Virus genome (UHGV): UHGV-0257549
Length of the DNA stretch: 15,649 nt
From: a virus
Strand: one strand, 5' to 3'
Each line of letters opens with the position of its first letter. The first letter of the stretch is position 1. A model generated the notes under the pieces. That model was not told the origin of the DNA, ran no database searches, and saw only the letters and a list, made by a program, of their open reading frames with translations. Below are positions 8,769 to 15,436 of this stretch, piece after piece. Both the position numbers and the translations under genes were made by a program.

Positions 8769-9482
8769 CCGGGACTGCAGTGTTTCCCGGACATCATCCG
8801 GTAGATGGCTGTAGGGGTTGCCATCCACCTTATGGCTGCCGCTGTAAATCAGCGTGATTTCCACGCCCTGTTTCTCCAGCGCAGCACCGTAATTACTGTG
8901 AGCCATCATGACGCCGATGGAGCCTGTCCGGGCGGTCTGCGTGACCAGACGTCGGGAGGCGGCGCTGGCAAGCAACTGACCTGCACTGCAGTTCATGTCG
9001 TTGGCCAGCGCCCATACCGGCTTTATGTCACGCACACGGGCGATGATGTCAGCGCAGTCAAATGCCCCTGCCACCATCCCGCCTGGCGTATCCATATCGA
9101 GCAGAATGCCGTCCACCATCGGGTCGCTGGCAGCCTGTTGCAGACGGGCGATAATGCCGTTGTAACCGGTCATCCCCGAATACGGCTGCAGCGCTCGCGT
9201 CCGACTGACCAGCGTGCCGGACACCGGCAGCACGGCGATGCCGTTCATGACCTGATAACTGCGGGCCTGTCGTGGTCCGTCATCATCAACGGATAACGCC
9301 AGCGCCGCGGGTGCCTCTCCGGCAGTCAGGCTGTCGCCGGATACCGCATCCGTCAGGCGGCTGATCCCAAGCTGGCCTGCAAGCGCACAAAAGAAAACCC
9401 GCGCATAGGCGGGTTCAAGCATCAGCGGCTCATTAAAGGCCATACTGGCAATATGCGGGAGATTACGCAGCTCTGCTGTCAC
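8163..9482 (-). CDS. C: Capsid assembly protease / prohead protease C (gpC), 439 aa, GTG start
   Basis: The track ORF (484 aa) extends upstream into B. A GTG at 9480-9482 preceded by GGAGGAG gives VTAELRNLPHIASMAF and 439 aa, the lambda gpC length. ClpP/S49-like protease region present. Overlaps the B 3' end by 20 nt. Confidence 0.88.
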   Translation of the reverse strand: MTAELRNLPHIASMAFNEPLMLEPAYARVFFCALAGQLGISRLTDAVSGDSLTAGEAPAALALSVDDDGPRQARSYQVMNGIAVLPVSGTLVSRTRALQPYSGMTGYNGIIARLQQAASDPMVDGILLDMDTPGGMVAGAFDCADIIARVRDIKPVWALANDMNCSAGQLLASAASRRLVTQTARTGSIGVMMAHSNYGAALEKQGVEITLIYSGSHKVDGNPYSHLPDDVRETLQSRMDATRRMFAQKVSAYTGLSVQAVLDTEAAVYSGQEAIDAGLADELVNSTDAITVMRDALDARKSRLSGGRMTKETQSTTVSATASQADVTGVVQATEGENASAAQPDVNAQITAAVAAENSRIMGILNCEEAHGREEQARVLAETPGMTVETARRILAAAPQSAQARSDTALDRLMQGAPAPLAAGNPASDAVNDLLNTPV

Positions 9483-10746
9483 TCTTCTCCTCCTCTGTTG
9501 ATTGTCGCAGCCCGGATTCAAATGCCGCAGCCGCCCAGGCGGGCGGTTTAAGACCGGCTGCACGGCGCTCCATCGTTTCACGGACCTGCTGGGCAAAAAT
9601 TTCCTGATAGTCGTCACCGCGTTTTGCGCACTCTTTCTCGTAGGTACTCAGTCCGGCTTCTATCAGCATCACCGCTTCCTGTACTTCTTTCAGACCATCG
9701 ATGGCCATACGACCGGAGCCTATCCAGTCGCAGTTCCCCCAGGCACTTCGGGCTTCCTGAAAACTGAAGCGCGCTTTTGAAGGTAACGTCACCACGCGGC
9801 GAACGATGGCCTCTTCCAGCCAGCACAGAAACATCTGGCTCGCCTGACGGGATGCGACGAATTTTCGCCGCCCCATAAAGTACGCCCACGACTCGTTCGC
9901 ACTGGCCCGTGCCGTGGAGTAGCTCATCTGGGCGTAATTCCGGGAAAGCTGCTCATACGAGACACCCAGCCCGGCAGCGATATACCGCAGCAGTGACTGC
10001 TCAAACACGGAGTAGCCGTTATCCGTATCCTGAGCCGTCTGCAGGTTCAGTGAGTCACCCGGCATCAGGTGCGGTACTTTTGCGCCTCCCAGCCGGACCG
10101 GCGCTGCGGCGTAATACGCGGCAATTTCACCAATCCAGCCGGTCAGCCTTTCCCGCTGCTCCTGACTGTTCGCGCCCAGAATAAAATCCATCGCTGACTG
10201 CGTATCCAGCTCACTCTCAATGGTGGCGGCATACATCGCCTTCACAATGGCGCTCTGCAGCTGCGTGTTCTGCAGCGTGTCGAGCATCTTCATCTGCTCC
10301 ATCACGCTGTAAAACACATTTGCACCGCGGGTCTGCCCGTCCTCCACGGGTTCAAAAACGTGAATGAACGAGGCGCGCCCGCCGGGTAACTCACGGGGTA
10401 TCCATGTCCATTTCTGCGGCATCCAGCCAGGATAGCCGTCCTCGCTGACGTAATATCCCAGCGACGCACCGCTGTCATTAATCTGCACACCGGCACGGCA
10501 GTTCCGGCTGTCGCCGGTATTGTTCGGGTTGCTGATGCGCTTCGGGCTGACCATCCGGAACTGTGTCCGGAAAAGCCGCGACGAACTGGTATCCCAGGTG
10601 GCCTGAACGAACAGTTCACCGTTAAAGGCGTGCATGGCCACACCTTCCCGAATCATCATGGTAAACGTGCGTTTTCGCTCAACGTCAATGCAGCAGCAGT
10701 CATCCTCGGCAAACTCTTTCCATGCCGCTTCAACCTCGCGGGAAAA
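9463..10746 (-). CDS. B: Portal protein gpB-derived segment of the fusion ORF (lacks its own N-terminal ~106 codons and start codon)
   Basis: C-terminal 427 aa of the fusion ORF match lambda gpB residues ~107-533 from memory. No W gene and no B initiation region are present upstream. Confidence 0.85.
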   Translation of the reverse strand, partial: FSREVEAAWKEFAEDDCCCIDVERKRTFTMMIREGVAMHAFNGELFVQATWDTSSSRLFRTQFRMVSPKRISNPNNTGDSRNCRAGVQINDSGASLGYYVSEDGYPGWMPQKWTWIPRELPGGRASFIHVFEPVEDGQTRGANVFYSVMEQMKMLDTLQNTQLQSAIVKAMYAATIESELDTQSAMDFILGANSQEQRERLTGWIGEIAAYYAAAPVRLGGAKVPHLMPGDSLNLQTAQDTDNGYSVFEQSLLRYIAAGLGVSYEQLSRNYAQMSYSTARASANESWAYFMGRRKFVASRQASQMFLCWLEEAIVRRVVTLPSKARFSFQEARSAWGNCDWIGSGRMAIDGLKEVQEAVMLIEAGLSTYEKECAKRGDDYQEIFAQQVRETMERRAAGLKPPAWAAAAFESGLRQSTEEEKSDSRAA

Positions 10747-12651
10747 GGCACGGGCGTAATCTGCCAGTGTTTTCTTGTTGGTTGCTGCACCATCCTCTTC
10801 CTGCAGGCTCGCCAGCAGTGCACTGAGATCCAGCTGCCAGCGGGAAATACTGATGCGCAGCGCCGCCAGCGCATAAACGAAGCAGTCGAGCGCCTCATTG
10901 CGTCGCTTTTTGCTGTCCCACAGTATTTTTTTCCTGCCATCCACCCATTTTTCGACCTGCTCTTCAGCAGTCAGCTGCTGCGCTTCGGTCAGATCAAAAA
11001 TATCCGGGTTATTCGGGAAGTGAACGGCACCGGGAAGCGGTTCATCCCCTTCCGGCGTCAGTGTGAAGCGGTTATAAATCTGCTCTTTCGCGGTATCCGT
11101 ACCGATTTCGGTAAGGTAAACCCCGTTTTTGTTTCGCTTACGAGGCATGCTGGCCACCGGCTTACCGTAGACGGATGCCCCTTTAATGGGGATCACCCGG
11201 AACAGCCCATGCTTTTTCGAGCGTTCATACACAATGGTCGGGTCAATCCCGCCAATATCCCAGCAGATACGGGATATCGACATTTCTGCACCATTCCGGC
11301 GGGTATAGGTTTTATTGATGGCCTCATCCACACGCAGCAGCGTCTGTTCATCGTCGTGGCGGCCCATAATAATCTGCCGGTCAATCAGCCAGCTTTCCTC
11401 ACCCGGCCCCCATCCCCATACGCGCATTTCGTAGCGATCCAGCTGGGAGTCGATACCGGCGGTCAGGTAAGTCACACGGTCAGGAACGGGCGCTGAATAA
11501 TGCTCTTTCCGCTCTGCCATCACTTCAGCATCCGGACGTTCGCCAATTTTCGCCTCCCACGTCTCACCGAGCGTGGTGTTTACGAAGGTTTTACGTTTTC
11601 CCGTATCCCCTTTCGTTTTCATCCAGTCTTTGACAATCTGCACCCAGGTGGTGAACGGGCTGTACGCCGTCCAGATGTGAAAGGTCACGCTGTCAGGCGG
11701 TTCAATCTCTTCACCGGATGACGAAAACCAGAGAATGCCATCACGGGTCCAGATCCCGGTCTTTTCGCAGATATAACGGGCATCAGTAAAGTCCAGCTCC
11801 TGCTGGCGGATGACGCAGGCATTATGCTCGCAGAGATAAAACACGCTGGAGGGGTCATCCGGCGTCCATTTGAGGCCAAACGGCGTCTCTTTGTCGCCAA
11901 ATTTAAGATACTGCTCCTCCCCGCAGTGCGGGCAGGCAACATGAAAACGCATAAAATGCGGGGATTCACTGGCTGCACGCTCAATCTGGCAGGTGCCTCT
12001 CACTTTGGGCGTGGAGCCACGGATGGACTTTGGCCAGACCGAGCCTTCAATACGTTTGTCGCCAAGGAACGTCGGAGAGCCTTCCTGTTCAATATCCTCA
12101 TCAAAGGCAGCAAGTTCATCATAACCCGCCACATCCACCGACTTTTCACGGTAGTTTTTTGCCGCTTTACCGCCCTGGCACCAGAAGCCACGACCATTGG
12201 AAAAACGCTTCATAGTGAGCGTGTTATCCCGGTGCTTTTTGCCATACCACGGAGCCAGCGCCAGCAGCGACGGAATATCGCGGATGGTCGGCTCAACGTG
12301 GGTTTTCATAAAGTTCTCGGCATCACCATCCGTCGGCAACCAGATAAGTGTGTTGCGCTGCTTATGCTCTATAAAGTAGGCATAAACACCCAGCAGCATT
12401 TTGGAATAACCGACACGGGCAGACTTCACCACATTCACCTCACGGATGTAGTCGCTGCCCATCGCATTCATGATGGCCCGCTGAAAGGGCAGTGTTTCCC
12501 AGCGCCCTTCCTGGTATGCGGATTCTTTCGGGAGATAGTAATTAGCATCCGCCCATTCAACGGCGGTCTGTGGCTCCGGCCTGAACAGTGAGCGAAGCCC
12601 GGCGCGGACAAAATGCCGCAGCCTGTTAACCTGACTGTTCGATATATTCAC
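9463..12651 (-). CDS. A: Fused terminase large subunit (gpA, residues ~1-635) and portal protein (gpB, from residue ~107) in one 1062-aa reading frame; gene W absent
   Basis: Single uninterrupted ORF 9463..12651 (-). The N-terminal ~635 aa are terminase large subunit (MNISNSQVNRLRHFVRAG..., Walker A-like KSARVGYSK). Sequence after ...KKTLADYARA continues directly as portal (FSREVEAAWKEFAEDDCCC... to acidic tail EEEKSDSRAA). The start overlaps Nu1 by 26 nt and the end overlaps C by 20 nt, as in lambda. Confidence 0.9.
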   Translation of the reverse strand: MNISNSQVNRLRHFVRAGLRSLFRPEPQTAVEWADANYYLPKESAYQEGRWETLPFQRAIMNAMGSDYIREVNVVKSARVGYSKMLLGVYAYFIEHKQRNTLIWLPTDGDAENFMKTHVEPTIRDIPSLLALAPWYGKKHRDNTLTMKRFSNGRGFWCQGGKAAKNYREKSVDVAGYDELAAFDEDIEQEGSPTFLGDKRIEGSVWPKSIRGSTPKVRGTCQIERAASESPHFMRFHVACPHCGEEQYLKFGDKETPFGLKWTPDDPSSVFYLCEHNACVIRQQELDFTDARYICEKTGIWTRDGILWFSSSGEEIEPPDSVTFHIWTAYSPFTTWVQIVKDWMKTKGDTGKRKTFVNTTLGETWEAKIGERPDAEVMAERKEHYSAPVPDRVTYLTAGIDSQLDRYEMRVWGWGPGEESWLIDRQIIMGRHDDEQTLLRVDEAINKTYTRRNGAEMSISRICWDIGGIDPTIVYERSKKHGLFRVIPIKGASVYGKPVASMPRKRNKNGVYLTEIGTDTAKEQIYNRFTLTPEGDEPLPGAVHFPNNPDIFDLTEAQQLTAEEQVEKWVDGRKKILWDSKKRRNEALDCFVYALAALRISISRWQLDLSALLASLQEEDGAATNKKTLADYARAFSREVEAAWKEFAEDDCCCIDVERKRTFTMMIREGVAMHAFNGELFVQATWDTSSSRLFRTQFRMVSPKRISNPNNTGDSRNCRAGVQINDSGASLGYYVSEDGYPGWMPQKWTWIPRELPGGRASFIHVFEPVEDGQTRGANVFYSVMEQMKMLDTLQNTQLQSAIVKAMYAATIESELDTQSAMDFILGANSQEQRERLTGWIGEIAAYYAAAPVRLGGAKVPHLMPGDSLNLQTAQDTDNGYSVFEQSLLRYIAAGLGVSYEQLSRNYAQMSYSTARASANESWAYFMGRRKFVASRQASQMFLCWLEEAIVRRVVTLPSKARFSFQEARSAWGNCDWIGSGRMAIDGLKEVQEAVMLIEAGLSTYEKECAKRGDDYQEIFAQQVRETMERRAAGLKPPAWAAAAFESGLRQSTEEEKSDSRAA

Positions 12652-13171
12652 TCAGCAACCCCGGTATCAGTTCATCCAGCGCGGCTGCTTTGTTCATGGC
12701 TTTGATGATATCCCGTTTCAGGAAATCAACATGTCGGTTTTCCAGTTCCGGAAAACGCCGCTGCACCGACAGGGGGATCCCGTCGAGAATACTGGCAATT
12801 TCACCTGCGATCCGCGACAGCACGAAAGTACAGAATGCGGTTTCCACCACTTCAGCGGAGTCTCTGGCATTTTTCAGCTCCTGTGCGTCGGCCTGCGCAC
12901 GCGTAAGTCGATGGCGTTCGTACTCAATAGTCCCTGGCTGGAGATCTGTCTCGCTGGCCTGCCGCAGTTCTTCAACTTCCCGGCGCAGCTTTTCGTTCTC
13001 AATTTCAGCATCCCTTTCGGCATACCATTTTATGACGGCGGCAGAATCATAAAGCACCTCATTACCCTTCCCACCACCCCGCAGAACGGGCATTCCCTGC
13101 TCCTGCCAGTTCTGAATGGTACGGATACTCGCGCCGAAAATGTCAGCCAGCTGCTTTTTGTTGACTTCCAT
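12626..13171 (-). CDS. Nu1: Terminase small subunit Nu1 (gpNu1), 181 aa
   Basis: ORF 12626..13171 (-), 181 aa, MEVNKKQLADIFGASIRTIQNWQEQGMPVLRGGGKGNEV (winged helix-turn-helix at the N-terminus). Lies immediately adjacent to cosB. Confidence 0.95.
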   Translation of the reverse strand: MEVNKKQLADIFGASIRTIQNWQEQGMPVLRGGGKGNEVLYDSAAVIKWYAERDAEIENEKLRREVEELRQASETDLQPGTIEYERHRLTRAQADAQELKNARDSAEVVETAFCTFVLSRIAGEIASILDGIPLSVQRRFPELENRHVDFLKRDIIKAMNKAAALDELIPGLLSEYIEQSG

Positions 13172-13196
13172 TGTTCATTCCACGGACAAAAACAGA

Positions 13197-13312
13197 GAAA
13201 GGAAACGACAGAGGCCAAAAAGCCCGTTTTCAGCACCTGTCGTTTCCTTTCTTTTCAGGGGGTGTTTTAAATAAAAACATTAAGTTATGACGAAGAAGAA
13301 CGGAAACGCCTT
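13197..13312. repeat. cosB: three gpNu1-binding R elements (core GGAAACG / CGTTTCC) with intervening IHF-site region
   Basis: R1-like ggaaacgacag at 13201..13211, R2-like inverted ctgtcgtttcc at 13238..13248, R3-like cggaaacgcc at 13301..13310. Spacing and orientation match the lambda cosB layout. Confidence 0.75.
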
Positions 13313-13348
13313 AAACCGGAAAATTTTCATAAATAGCGAAAACCCGAG

Positions 13349-13360
13349 AGATCGCCGCCC
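13349..13360. other. cosN cohesive-end sequence (joined form); 12-nt overhang region
   Basis: Plus strand agatcgccgccc is the reverse complement of GGGCGGCGATCT. This equals the lambda cohesive end GGGCGGCGACCT except for one base, by my recollection. Flanked by right-end sequence ...cgtaacctgtcggatc. Confidence 0.75.
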
Positions 13361-13395
13361 CGTAACCTGTCGGATCGCCGGAAAGGACCCGCAAA

Positions 13396-13412
13396 ATGAT
13401 AATAATTATCAT
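13396..13412. repeat. Perfect 17-bp palindrome atgataat-a-attatcat near the cosQ side of cos
   Basis: 8-bp inverted repeat with 1-nt spacer, read directly from the sequence. Function unknown (possible protein-binding site). Confidence 0.5.
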
Positions 13413-13559
13413 CTACATGTCACAACGTGCATCTACGCCATCAAACCACGTCAAATAATCAATTATGACGCAGGTATCGTATTAATTGATCTGCATCAAC
13501 TTAACGTAAAAACAACTTCAGACAATACAAATCAGCGACACTGAATACGGGGCAACCTC

Positions 13560-13754
13560 ATGTCAACGAAGAACAGAACCCGCAGAACAACAACCCGCAA
13601 CATCCGCTTTCCTAACCAAATGATTGAACAAATTAACATCGCTCTTGAGCAAAAAGGGTCCGGGAATTTCTCAGCCTGGGTCATTGAAGCCTGCCGTCGG
13701 AGACTAACGTCAGAAAAGAGAGCATATACATCAATTAAAAGTGATGAAGAATGA
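13560..13754 (+). CDS. Small basic protein, 64 aa, YlcI/DUF3950-like with predicted ribbon-helix-helix DNA-binding fold
   Basis: ORF with ATG at 13560 preceded by GGGG about 8 nt upstream. Arg/Thr-rich N-terminal arm, then IRFPNQMIEQINIALEQKG..FSAWVIEACRRRL, a typical beta-strand/helix/helix RHH pattern. The equivalent position in E. coli cryptic prophages holds a similar small gene (ylcI), from memory. Confidence 0.6.
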   Translation: MSTKNRTRRTTTRNIRFPNQMIEQINIALEQKGSGNFSAWVIEACRRRLTSEKRAYTSIKSDEE

Positions 13755-13854
13755 ACATCCCGCGTTCTTCCCTCCGAACAGGACGATATTGTAAATTCAC
13801 TTAATTACGAGGGCATTGCAGTAATTGAGTTGCAGTTTTACCACTTTCCTGACA

Positions 13855-13882
13855 GTGACAGACTGCGTGTTGGCTCTGTCAC
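13855..13882. terminator. Hairpin between the convergent YlcI-like ORF and the lambdap79-like ORF (8-bp stem gtgacaga / tctgtcac, 12-nt loop)
   Basis: Inverted repeat read directly. Located between two convergent stop codons. No clean U-tract, so terminator function is uncertain. Confidence 0.3.
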
Positions 13883-13918
13883 AGGCTAAATAGTTTGAAT
13901 GATTAGCAGTTATGGTGA

Positions 13919-14125
13919 TCAGTCAACCACCAGGGAATAATCCTTCATATTATTATCGTGCTTCACCAACGCTGCCTCAATTGCTCTGAATGCTTCCAGA
14001 GACACCTTATGTTCTATACATGCAATTACAACATCAGGGTAACTCATAGAAATGGTGCTATTAAGCATATTTTTTACACGAATCAGATCCACGGAGGGAT
14101 CATCAGCAGATTGTTCTTTATTCAT
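13919..14125 (-). CDS. Hypothetical protein, 68 aa (lambdap79 / YbcW-like)
   Basis: ORF 13919..14125 (-), [27 protein letters not shown]. Same size and position as the 68-aa right-end ORF of lambda. AT-rich codon usage, unlike the structural genes. Confidence 0.7.
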
Positions 14126-14287
14126 TTTGTCGCTCCATGCGCTTGCTCTTCATCTAGCGGTTAAAATATTACTTCAAATCTTTCTGTATGAAGATTTGAG
14201 CACGTTGGCCTTACATACATCTGTCGGTTGTATTTCCCTCCAGAATGCCAGCAGGACCGTACTTTGTTACGCAACCAATACTATTAA

Positions 14288-14821
14288 GTGAAAACATTCC
14301 TAATATTTGACATAAATCATCAACAAAACACAAAGAGGTCAGACCAGATTGAAACGATAAAAACGATAATGCAAACTACGCGCCCTCGTATCACATGGAA
14401 GGTTTTACCAATGGCTCAGGTTGCCATTTTTAAAGAAATATTCGATCAAGTGCGAAAAGATTTAAACTGTGAATTGTTTTATTCTGAACTAAAACGTCAC
14501 AACGTCTCACATTATATTTACTATCTAGCCACAGATAATATTCACATCGTGTTAGAAAACGATAACACCGTGTTAATAAAAGGACTTAAAAAGGTTGTAA
14601 ATGTTAAATTCTCAAGAAACACGCATCTTATAGAAACGTCCTATGATAGGTTGAAATCAAGAGAAATCACATTTCAGCAATACAGGGAAAATCTTGCTAA
14701 AGCAGGAGTTTTCCGATGGGTTACAAATATCCATGAACATAAAAGATATTACTATACCTTTGATAATTCATTACTATTTACTGAGAGCATTCAGAACACT
14801 ACACAAATCTTTCCACGCTAA
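14288..14821 (+). CDS. Hypothetical protein, 177 aa (lambdap78 / YbcV-YdfO-like, annotated in lambda as putative envelope protein)
   Basis: ORF 14288..14821 (+). Size and position match lambdap78. The true start is uncertain: an alternative TTG at about 14349 lies 9 nt after AAGAGG. AT-rich. Confidence 0.7.
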   Translation: MKTFLIFDINHQQNTKRSDQIETIKTIMQTTRPRITWKVLPMAQVAIFKEIFDQVRKDLNCELFYSELKRHNVSHYIYYLATDNIHIVLENDNTVLIKGLKKVVNVKFSRNTHLIETSYDRLKSREITFQQYRENLAKAGVFRWVTNIHEHKRYYYTFDNSLLFTESIQNTTQIFPR

Positions 14822-15111
14822 ATCATAACGTCCGGTTTCTTCCGTGTCAGCACCGGGGCGTTGGCATAATGCAATACGTGTACGCGCTAAACCCTGTGTG
14901 TATCGTTTTTAATTATTCCCGGACACTCCCGCAGAGAAGTTCCCCGTCAGGGCTGTGGACATAGTTAATCCGGGAATACAATGACGATTCATCGCACCTG
15001 ACATACATTAATAAATATTAACAATATGAAATTTCAACTCATTGTTTAGGGTTTGTTTAATTTTCTACACATACGATTCTGCGAACTTCAAAAAGCATCG
15101 GGAATAACACC

Positions 15112-15405
15112 ATGAAAAAAATGCTACTCGCTACTGCGCTGGCCCTGCTTATTACAGGATGTGCTCAACAGACGTTTACTGTTCAAAACAAACCGGCAGC
15201 AGTAGCACCAAAGGAAACCATCACCCATCATTTCTTCGTTTCTGGAATTGGGCAGAAGAAAACTGTCGATGCAGCCAAAATTTGTGGCGGCGCAGAAAAT
15301 GTTGTTAAAACAGAAACCCAGCAAACATTCGTAAATGGATTGCTCGGTTTTATTACTTTAGGCATTTATACTCCGCTGGAAGCGCGTGTGTATTGCTCAC
15401 AATAA
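15112..15405 (+). CDS. bor: Bor outer-membrane lipoprotein (serum resistance, lysogenic conversion), 97 aa
   Basis: MKKMLLATALALLITGCAQQ: signal peptide with lipobox LITG-C. Sequence matches lambda Bor from memory. ATG at 15112 is preceded by an AGGGAATAACACC region. Confidence 0.92.
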   Translation: MKKMLLATALALLITGCAQQTFTVQNKPAAVAPKETITHHFFVSGIGQKKTVDAAKICGGAENVVKTETQQTFVNGLLGFITLGIYTPLEARVYCSQ

Positions 15406-15415
15406 TTGCATGAGT

Positions 15416-15433
15416 TGCCCATCGATATGGGCA
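15416..15433. terminator. Hairpin between the convergent bor and Rz stop codons (7-bp stem tgcccat / atgggca, 4-nt loop cgat)
   Basis: Perfect inverted repeat read directly. Sits in the 31-nt gap between the bor stop (15403-15405) and the Rz stop (15437-15439). Confidence 0.4.
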
Positions 15434-15436
15434 GCT

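Noticed and set aside
8163-9617. 484-aa version of C starting MTTIRKFLPS
   Set aside because: The first 45 codons overlap the portal 3' end in another frame. GTG at 9482 with a GGAGGAG site gives the conserved 439-aa gpC.
10700-10800. Possibility that the A-B fusion is a sequencing frameshift or homopolymer error
   Set aside because: The lesion is not a frame error. It is a clean loss of about 538 bp with the frame preserved on both sides and flanking gene spacing otherwise matching lambda. Assembly collapse across an 11-nt repeat cannot be excluded but is unlikely at that repeat length; it remains listed as a check.
10630-11496. 288-aa plus-strand ORF
   Set aside because: Lies entirely antisense to the terminase portion of the A-B ORF. 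Arg/Cys/His/Phe-rich composition typical of antisense frames in GC-rich coding DNA, no ribosome binding site, no recognisable fold.
11824-12591. 255-aa plus-strand ORF
   Set aside because: Antisense to the N-terminal terminase region, which is strongly supported by homology. Same compositional artefact.
12690-13270. Plus-strand ORFs 12690..13052 and 12731..13270
   Set aside because: Antisense to Nu1 and cosB; not conserved-looking, no start signals.
13287-13544. 85-aa plus-strand ORF spanning cosN
   Set aside because: Runs across cosB, cosN and the palindrome. Low-complexity AT-rich translation, no ribosome binding site; it would be physically interrupted in linear virion DNA.
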